64,000 nt of DNA, taken from assembly GCA_034422875.1 (NCBI GenBank), contig DAOUJI010000031.1, positions 31,604 to 95,603 on the forward strand. Reading direction: 5' to 3'. Below, piece after piece: positions 57,667 to 64,000 of the stretch. The notes below the pieces were generated by a model, which was not told the DNA's origin, ran no database searches, and worked only from the letters and a program-made list of their open reading frames with translations. Numbering within the stretch: the stretch's first letter is position 1; every line of letters starts with the position of its first letter. A program made the position numbers and the translations under genes. The DNA is from Dehalococcoidia bacterium. Its GTDB lineage: Bacteria > Chloroflexota > Dehalococcoidia > Lucifugimonadales > JAGWBF01.

Positions 57667-59051
57667 CGACTCAACCCGTCGCGGTCGGGACCATCGGATT
57701 GCGGCTGCTCGGGCAGATTCCCGTCAATAGACGCGGGGTTGGGAGGAGCCGGTTTCTTGGCGAACAGGAACAGGAAGGCGCCGAACAGTGTGATGCCTAC
57801 CATCACCTCTATAGGCAGGATGAACCCGCCTTCACCCACCCGGTCCCTGTACCAACCCGTCAAAAGAGGCGCCGCGATCAACGTCACGCTCATCACCACC
57901 ATGGACAATCCGAGAATCATCGGAAACGACTTGCGCCCGAAATAGTCTCCGCGCACTGCCGTGGTCAAGGGGCTCCGAAGTCCGTTTCCCATACCGAAAA
58001 AGACCGCAAAAACGTAGGTCATCTCCACGGCGTGGGTCCTGGTGAGGGCCAGGGCCGACAGGCCCATGATAATCGTTGACACGAACATCAACACATTCTT
58101 CGGAAACCGGTCGCCCAGATATCCTCCCACAAGCTGAAAGGCTGTCCACACGGCCAGATACGTGATTATCACCCTGCCCGCTAATTGGGTGGTAAGCCCG
58201 TGACTTTCCTCATAGTCCTCGAACATGAGCCCAAGGTTGGCAACGATGGTGACCACAAGCGTAGTGGTGAGGGCATGCCCCAGGGCAAGGTGCCAGAAGG
58301 CGGGTGTCTTCAGCGCCTGCCGGACTGTAAATGCAGGTTCGGGGGAACTCGGACCTGGGCTGACTGTCCCTCCGGAGATTGTTCCGTCGTCCATGGTCCC
58401 GTTGGAATCACCGTCCGGAAGCTCGCCATGTTCCTCTGGCCGGTTTTTCAGGAAGAGGAACATGGGCACAGCGATCGCCAACAGAATGACTCCAATCACC
58501 CTGGCCGTTTCCCGCCACAGGTCCGCCTCGTTAGGGTCAATGGCCCAGGCAAGGACGAATAACACAGGAATGGCTATGAGCCTGGTGATGACGCTGGATA
58601 CTCCGATGGCGGTTGACCGATTTCGTATGAACCAATTGTTGATGCAGGTCATTATGGCCAGCCATGCGCCGACTCCTATCCCAAGGGAGATGATGATGTA
58701 AGAGAAGTAGAAGAACCACAAGCTCTCGATGAAACTGAACAGCAGCCAGCCGGTTCCCATGATGAACATCCCTACCAGCACCATGCGCCGGCTGCCTAAC
58801 CTGGTGACAAGCCATCCCTCTATTGGACCCATGAGCCCGCCCTCCATGCGGGCGAATATCCAGGCCAGGTTTAGCTGAGTGACCGTCCATCCGAACTCGT
58901 CCTTCAACGCGACGTTCCAGATGCTCAACGCTTCGAAATAGGGAGCGATGACTACAGCGAGGAAGACACCGGAAACCCCTACCAGCCACCAGCCGTAGAA
59001 GGTCCCCCCAGTGCGGCGGAACCCCAGTATTTGTTGGACCAACTGAGCCAT
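57663..59051 (-). CDS. MFS transporter
   Basis: About 12 TM segments with a central hydrophilic loop, co-directional with and overlapping crcB. Confidence 0.75.
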   Translation of the reverse strand: MAQLVQQILGFRRTGGTFYGWWLVGVSGVFLAVVIAPYFEALSIWNVALKDEFGWTVTQLNLAWIFARMEGGLMGPIEGWLVTRLGSRRMVLVGMFIMGTGWLLFSFIESLWFFYFSYIIISLGIGVGAWLAIMTCINNWFIRNRSTAIGVSSVITRLIAIPVLFVLAWAIDPNEADLWRETARVIGVILLAIAVPMFLFLKNRPEEHGELPDGDSNGTMDDGTISGGTVSPGPSSPEPAFTVRQALKTPAFWHLALGHALTTTLVVTIVANLGLMFEDYEESHGLTTQLAGRVIITYLAVWTAFQLVGGYLGDRFPKNVLMFVSTIIMGLSALALTRTHAVEMTYVFAVFFGMGNGLRSPLTTAVRGDYFGRKSFPMILGLSMVVMSVTLIAAPLLTGWYRDRVGEGGFILPIEVMVGITLFGAFLFLFAKKPAPPNPASIDGNLPEQPQSDGPDRDGLSR

Positions 59052-59072
59052 CAGGCCCCTATTCTATACCTT

Positions 59073-59129
59073 CGGAGGACTAAGCGTCGTTGCGGAGGAC
59101 TAAGACGGTTGCCAGTTCACAGGCCAGTT
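59073..59129 (-). promoter_or_regulatory. direct-repeat-rich leader upstream of the MFS-crcB pair
   Basis: CGGAGGACTAAG occurs twice (59073-59084 and 59093-59104; 20-bp period). GCCAGTT occurs twice (59111-59117 and 59123-59129). An ATGGGA-TTCG-TCCCAT hairpin lies at 59142-59157. Confidence 0.3.
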
Positions 59130-59181
59130 GCCATCACGAGGATGGGATTCGTCCCATGCTTTGTACAGTCCAGAATTAAGT

Positions 59182-59211
59182 AAAGGCGCCTGCTTTTCAG
59201 CAGACGCCTTT
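59182..59211 (-). terminator. candidate intrinsic terminator after the LLM gene
   Basis: A 12-bp stem AAAGGCG(C/U)CUGC with a 6-nt loop, perfect in the minus-strand RNA if one G·U pair is allowed. It is followed by ACUUAAUU and lies 24 nt downstream of the stop at 59235. Confidence 0.45.
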
Positions 59212-59234
59212 CCATTTTGCGGTGAATTCACCGG

Positions 59235-60368
59235 TTAAGTCTTGGGAACGCCGGTTATCGGGTCCAGCACCGGGTCCTCATGGAGGGCCGGCAGCACCTC
59301 TTTTGCGAAGAGCTCAAGGCTCTTTCTGGCCTTCTCGGCCGGCATCCCGCCAAACCGGGACATCCCGAACATCTCTATGGGTTTGACGGCCTCCTGGATT
59401 CTGCGCAGCTTCTCCAGGCACTGCTCGGGAGTGCCTATGACCTGGGTGTCGTCCTGGGATGCTCTGGGGTCGCCCCTGTTAATCCTCTCGGCGGCGTCGG
59501 CATACACCTCATATCCCTTGGTGGCCCGGAAGTGGCTCGCTTCGTCGAACTCATAGTGCCTGGTGGCGGTCCAGTTCATGTTGGGCATGTACTCCCTGAC
59601 ACCCTGCTCGACCTCGGCCTCGGTCTCCGCACAGTACATGAAGCATCCAACGGCGGGGTTTCGCGGCTCCAGCCCCTTCGCGACGCGTGTGGAGTTGTAG
59701 AAGTCCAGGTCCTTGATGTGGTCTTCCCATGACTTCTGGGGGATGATCATAAGGCCGGCGCCCGACTCCGCGGCGGCTTCGATGCTGGCGTTGGTGATGG
59801 AAGAGATGTAAATCCGTTCAGGCAGGTCCTTGGACAACGGCTGCGGGCGTATGCTCATCTCCGGGACTTTGAAGATGTTGCCGTCATAGGAGAACCGCTC
59901 TTGGCTGAGGGCCAGCGTGATAATTTCCTGGGCCTCCTTGAAACGCTCTCTGGACTCGGACATTGGGATGTTGAAGGTCTCAAACTCCACTCTGGCGGCG
60001 CCCCTGCCGAATCCCAAAGTTATTGGACGGCCCTTGAGCATCACGTCCAGCATGGCTATCTGCTCGGCGACCCGGATGGGGTCGTGCCAGGGCAGGACCA
60101 CCACCATGGTGGCCATGCCCACCTTCTCGGTCCTACCGGCGAAGTAGGTCAGGAACTGGAGGGCGTCGGGCATCAGCTCGTAGGGCGTGAAGTGGTGTTC
60201 AGTGGCCCAGATGGCGTCATATCCCAGGCTCTCCGACAGATCGGCCAACTCCAAGTCTTCCAGGAAGATTTCGTGGTCTGGTTGAATGGGAGGCTTGGAG
60301 AAGTCCCCCGACAGATACCGGTCCCAGTCACTGTAGTTTTGCGCAAAAACGGATACTCCAAATTTCAT
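59235..60368 (-). CDS. LLM-class flavin-dependent oxidoreductase
   Basis: The motifs MKFGVSVFAQNYSDWDRY, WATEHHFTPY and LPWHDPIRVAEQIAMLD. Confidence 0.85.
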   Translation of the reverse strand: MKFGVSVFAQNYSDWDRYLSGDFSKPPIQPDHEIFLEDLELADLSESLGYDAIWATEHHFTPYELMPDALQFLTYFAGRTEKVGMATMVVVLPWHDPIRVAEQIAMLDVMLKGRPITLGFGRGAARVEFETFNIPMSESRERFKEAQEIITLALSQERFSYDGNIFKVPEMSIRPQPLSKDLPERIYISSITNASIEAAAESGAGLMIIPQKSWEDHIKDLDFYNSTRVAKGLEPRNPAVGCFMYCAETEAEVEQGVREYMPNMNWTATRHYEFDEASHFRATKGYEVYADAAERINRGDPRASQDDTQVIGTPEQCLEKLRRIQEAVKPIEMFGMSRFGGMPAEKARKSLELFAKEVLPALHEDPVLDPITGVPKT

Positions 60369-60416
60369 TGCCGCCTCCTCAATTACTGAAATGCTGGCAT
60401 AAAAGCAACGATGGGC

Positions 60417-61016
60417 CTAGCTAGACTGCTGACCCCACTTGTCAAAGTGGGTCACCTCTTCGACGGGCCGCCGATTGTTGGGGCCGTATCTTACGCCGTC
60501 GGGGTATCCCAACGGGAGAAGGCAAATCGTCTCCCAGTCGTCAGGCATTCCCAAGTCTCGCTTCAACTCCGCCTCGAAGGACTTCTGGCGTGTCACAAGG
60601 GCGCTGGCCAGACCTAGACCTCTGGCCGCCAGCAGTATATTTTGCACTGTGGGGTATATGGAAGAACCGGCAGGGCCTGCTCCGGCTTTGGTCTCCTGGC
60701 ACACAAGAATGTAGGCAGGAACGTCTTCCATGTGCTCAGCCAGGTGTAAGGCGCCCCGGTACATGATCGTCTCGGACTTGTTGAGGTTCGGCGGCGGCGT
60801 GATGGGGTGCTGCCGGGAGTATTCCCCAATCTTCCTGCGCTGCTCAGCGTCTCTGATTACCACGAATCCCCAACCTTGAGAATTGCTGCCGCTTGGAGCT
60901 CTGATTCCTGCGTCCAAGATCTTCCAGATCAGGTTGTCATCCACTGGGTCGGGCTTGAAATATCGGAGAGCCCTCTGGGAGTAGATAGCTTCAAACAGGC
61001 CGATGTCTTCTGCCAT
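60417..61016 (-). CDS. nitroreductase-family protein
   Basis: The sequence RALRYFKPDPVDDNLIWKILDAGIRAPSGSNSQGWGFVVI. Confidence 0.85.
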   Translation of the reverse strand: MAEDIGLFEAIYSQRALRYFKPDPVDDNLIWKILDAGIRAPSGSNSQGWGFVVIRDAEQRRKIGEYSRQHPITPPPNLNKSETIMYRGALHLAEHMEDVPAYILVCQETKAGAGPAGSSIYPTVQNILLAARGLGLASALVTRQKSFEAELKRDLGMPDDWETICLLPLGYPDGVRYGPNNRRPVEEVTHFDKWGQQSS

Positions 61017-61161
61017 GCCAGTCCTCCTTTCGGTCCATTCCGCACCATATTACTCCCAAGCCAACACTGTGTCCAATCAGGTGCGCAGGGGCAAAGCCGG
61101 AGAGGGCGCCCGTCGTTCCTCATAGGTCTCTAAAGACGTGATAAGAGCCTATGTGGGCTTC

Positions 61162-61191
61162 TTGGGATATAGAAACAGGGCCGATTATAAT
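61162..61191 (+). promoter_or_regulatory. candidate promoter
   Basis: TTGGGA, an 18-nt spacer, then TATAAT (61186-61191), 48 nt upstream of the GTG at 61239. Confidence 0.3.
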
Positions 61192-61238
61192 CGCTGCGTA
61201 ATCATATTTTTCTTTTTCTCATCCAAAGGAGGTTCAAG

Positions 61239-61940
61239 GTGACCGATTCAGGAAGGATTCTGCAAGCTTCAAAAGTCATCGGATGCTTCGAAGAAATTAT
61301 GGACGGCAATCTCATGCTGGCCAACGGCTCAGAAGAAGGTCCCGAGGCTGTCTCGACCCACTTCGACGTGACCATCGACTTCGTCGACGAGTGGCTGGGG
61401 CGGAATGTCGAGGCCCTTATCATCAACAACGTTTGCGTCCGGCTGACCGACAAGGAAAACGGCCTGACTTATCCCGAAGTGACCACGGTCCCGGCAATGG
61501 GAGACGCTGAGGAAGCCGACGAAACTCCCACTGTCGACTCCCACGAGCACGACGACGACTCTGAGCACACCGAAGTCTCCGCCGAAGCGGCAGTGATGGA
61601 AGTCACCGAAGCGGACGAGGAAGAGGAAGCCCCCAACGAGACTCCGGCGATTGCCGCGTTCGAACTCTCCCGCCAGGCCTCCCTGTTGGAGACGCCCGAG
61701 TCCGAGGAAGCTGAGGAAGAGGAAGCTCCAGCCTCAGAAGAGTCGGAGGAGACGCCCAGCATTGCGGCCGAAGTTGAGAAACCTGAAGAACGGCGCATCG
61801 TGTGGCCTCCATTCGAAGACGAGGAAGAGGAGGATGCGCCTGCGGAGGCGCCTTCCCACTCCTATGCGCTGTCTCAGTCCAGTTCCGAGCCCAGAACGGA
61901 CGACTATCGGAGCAGTGAAACCGAGCACTTCAGGTTCTAA
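61239..61940 (+). CDS. hypothetical protein with a small N-terminal domain and a long acidic low-complexity tail
   Basis: A GTG start lies 6 nt after AGGAGG. The C-terminal 150 aa or so is E/D-rich, with recurring EEE(E)AP…(S/A)IAA units. Confidence 0.55.
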   Translation: MTDSGRILQASKVIGCFEEIMDGNLMLANGSEEGPEAVSTHFDVTIDFVDEWLGRNVEALIINNVCVRLTDKENGLTYPEVTTVPAMGDAEEADETPTVDSHEHDDDSEHTEVSAEAAVMEVTEADEEEEAPNETPAIAAFELSRQASLLETPESEEAEEEEAPASEESEETPSIAAEVEKPEERRIVWPPFEDEEEEDAPAEAPSHSYALSQSSSEPRTDDYRSSETEHFRF

Positions 61941-62107
61941 GGAGCCTGAATTCGAGTCTGCCCTTTCTGGGGTGGCCTCTGCCCGTTCGTCCAACAGGCT
62001 CTTGATCCGCGCCGCTTGGCCGCCTTCATGTCCGACGTGGTATAGTGTCCGAGAGCTATAGCGTAAGCTGCCGTTTGACATAAAGCTGATTCGGAGGCGT
62101 TTGAGAC

Positions 62108-63052
62108 ATGACTATGCGACTCGGTCAAGGAAGCCACGTTTTCGAGCCTGTGCCGGACTGGGAGAAGCTGCCCCAGGGTTGGACTTTCCAGGAATGTCCT
62201 GGGGTCGCCGTAGACTCCCAGGACAACGTCTATGTGTTGACCAGGGGTGAGCACCCCATCATCGTTTTCGACCGGGACGGCAACTTCATCAGGTCCTTCG
62301 GCGAGGGACTCTTCAGCGACAGGACCCACGGCCTGTACATATCGGAGGACGACCGGTTGGTCGCCGCCGACGACGGAATCCACACCATCCAGGTCTTCAA
62401 CCTCGAGGGTGAAAAACTGATGGAGATCGGGGAACGGAACCACCCCGCCCCCAAGTGGTCCGGCCAACCCTTCAACCGCCCCACCTCGGGCGCAATCAGG
62501 CCTGCCAACGGAGACTTCTACATATCCGACGGCTACGGAAACTCCCGCATCCACGTCTATTCTCCCCAGGGCGAGTACAAGTTCTCGTGGGGTGAGCCAG
62601 GCATTGACGCCGGTCAGTTCATACGCCCCCACAACATCGCCGTGGACGAGGATGACCGCATATATGTCGTGGACCGGGAAGCCCACCGCATCCAGCTATT
62701 CGATCCCGAGGGGAACTTCCTGACCATGTGGAACAACATCCACCGGCCAGACGCGATGGTGCTGCGCCACGGCCACATCTACGTGGGCGAGCTCAATGGC
62801 ATGGGCGGAGTGGACGACGCGCCCGGACTTGGGCACAGGGTCAGCATTTACGACCTGGACGGCAATATGGTCTCCCGATTCGGTGACCCTGAAGAGGGTG
62901 AGGAGCCCCACCAGTTCATAGCTCCCCACGGCATCGCGGTCGACTCACGGGGTGACTTGTACGTGAGCGAGGTCTCCTACACTATTCGCGGCCAGCACAG
63001 GAACCCACCCCAGGAGCTGAAGAGCCTCCGCAAGTTCCGGCTGGCGGCGTAG
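62108..63052 (+). CDS. NHL-repeat beta-propeller protein (PAL-like)
   Basis: Six-fold recurrence of the G…F..P.G(I/V)AVD..(D/G).(I/V)YV.D motif (for example GQFIRPHNIAVDEDDRIYVVDREAHRIQLF). Confidence 0.75.
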   Translation: MTMRLGQGSHVFEPVPDWEKLPQGWTFQECPGVAVDSQDNVYVLTRGEHPIIVFDRDGNFIRSFGEGLFSDRTHGLYISEDDRLVAADDGIHTIQVFNLEGEKLMEIGERNHPAPKWSGQPFNRPTSGAIRPANGDFYISDGYGNSRIHVYSPQGEYKFSWGEPGIDAGQFIRPHNIAVDEDDRIYVVDREAHRIQLFDPEGNFLTMWNNIHRPDAMVLRHGHIYVGELNGMGGVDDAPGLGHRVSIYDLDGNMVSRFGDPEEGEEPHQFIAPHGIAVDSRGDLYVSEVSYTIRGQHRNPPQELKSLRKFRLAA

Positions 63053-63110
63053 CGGGGCCTCAGAGAGCTTCAGGACATGTGGCGGCCCGTGGCTGTCTTC
63101 AGAAGCGTCT

Positions 63111-63533
63111 CTAGCGGTCCACCAACTCGATCCTGTCGGCGTAACGCCGGAAGTCTGCCGCGTTGAACGTAAGCAGCCTGCGCTCGCCGTGAGCCAGCAT
63201 GGTCGCGACTATGTTGGCATCGTGAATCTGGCACCCACCTACTGGAACTTCACGACAGAGGTCGATCAACGTCTGAGTCACTGCTGGACCGTCCTCCAAT
63301 ATCTCGAATGCGCGAACCAATCTACTAGCGTCATCAATCGCTTCAGCCAACGTCATGGGGGTAAGCCAGGTTTGGGGCCGAGTGACGGTGGATAAGTATT
63401 CACGGACAACCTGACGGCTTATTCGCATTGGTTCGAGGCTCAGAAAGCCTTGTTTCAATCGCACCCTGGCGAAGTCGTGGCCCGGAGCATGGGTAATTCG
63501 GGAGCGTACGAGGACGTTAGTGTCTACGAACAA
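63111..63533 (-). CDS. vapC: PIN-domain toxin VapC
   Basis: MFVDTNVLV start, the acidic residues of the PIN fold (D5, E…, D near HDANIVATM, FNAADF), and a length of 140 aa. Confidence 0.8.
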   Translation of the reverse strand: MFVDTNVLVRSRITHAPGHDFARVRLKQGFLSLEPMRISRQVVREYLSTVTRPQTWLTPMTLAEAIDDASRLVRAFEILEDGPAVTQTLIDLCREVPVGGCQIHDANIVATMLAHGERRLLTFNAADFRRYADRIELVDR

Positions 63534-63537
63534 CAGG

Positions 63538-63939
63538 CTAGACCCTGTCCTCGTATATGTCCTCTCTTCTGAGACTCAGACCTTCCGGCCATACCAGCGT
63601 GGGGTGGACGGGCCACACAGTATCCAGAATCGACGTGAGAACGGTATCGCGCCGCTTCCGTCTGAGCAACAGAGTCTCAGCGTCCATGTCGACCTCTGCC
63701 GTCTCCCATCCGGCAGCACACCAAGCGAGGGCATGGCTGTGGCCTCCGCCGCTCTGATTTGCCCACCATGGTCGGTGAAGGCGGGCAGACGGGGGCAGAT
63801 GGAAACCAATGATTGCTTCTATCTCACTGAAGGTGGTCCGCCACTCCTGGGCTTGAAGACCACAAAGGTGACTATAAAGTCTCCGGTATTTTCCCCGGAG
63901 CGCCGTCCCGCGATGACTTTGGCGCTGCTCTATCGACAT
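63538..63939 (-). CDS. putative cognate antitoxin, atypical 133-aa two-part protein
   Basis: It ends 4 nt before vapC. The N-part carries the motif FSEIEAIIGFHLPPSARLHRPWWANQ…HALAWCAAGW. The C-terminal tail is …WPEGLSLRREDIYEDR. Confidence 0.45.
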   Translation of the reverse strand: MSIEQRQSHRGTALRGKYRRLYSHLCGLQAQEWRTTFSEIEAIIGFHLPPSARLHRPWWANQSGGGHSHALAWCAAGWETAEVDMDAETLLLRRKRRDTVLTSILDTVWPVHPTLVWPEGLSLRREDIYEDRV

Positions 63940-64000
63940 TTTGCCTCCAGTACCCCCAACGAGACCTCTGGAACAACCGCTAGAAGATGGCCAGCGGATT

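Noticed and set aside
59052-59181. Fluoride riboswitch expected upstream of crcB.
   Set aside because: I could not find the conserved core by eye, so I do not annotate one. See the finding on the repeat-rich leader; a covariance-model search would be decisive.

Overview
This is a GC-rich (about 60% by eye) bacterial chromosomal segment, densely coded on both strands. No rRNA, CRISPR array, integrase or transposase was recognised.

Housekeeping core:
- A complete F1Fo ATP synthase operon on the minus strand: atpZ-like, atpB, a 32-aa ORF, then atpE-F-H-A-G-D-C.
- rex, cca, alaS-ruvX, rnc, ftsY, a ferredoxin, a comM/yifB-type ATPase, dinG (5' truncated at the window edge), ogg, tRNA-Gly(CCC) and tRNA-Gln(TTG).

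The remainder is dominated by paralogous catabolic enzyme families:
- four luciferase-like (LLM) flavin oxidoreductases
- two amidohydrolase-2 proteins
- SDR, MDR and HIBADH-type dehydrogenases
- two tandem cytochrome P450s
- a fused double family-III CoA-transferase
- a nitroreductase and a VOC protein
- two MFS transporters

There is also the large YYY-motif/GT-C-like membrane protein pair that I recall as typical of Chloroflexota and Archaea. My inference is a marine Chloroflexota (SAR202-like) genome.

Accessory content worth attention:
1. An AT-rich islet beside tRNA-Gln carries a translationally coupled ABC-ATPase + DUF4435/TOPRIM pair. This is PARIS-like (AriA/AriB architecture).
2. A second AT-rich single-gene islet encodes an FRG-domain protein fused to about 12 TPRs.
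3. Three toxin-antitoxin-type loci are all atypical: HigA behind a 4-TM protein, an orphan HicB, and VapC with a 133-aa two-part partner.
4. A family of short GC-rich palindromic repeats is present. One copy sits in frame inside cca and one marks the islet border.
5. An unannotated 32-aa single-TM ORF with a perfect RBS lies between atpB and atpE.
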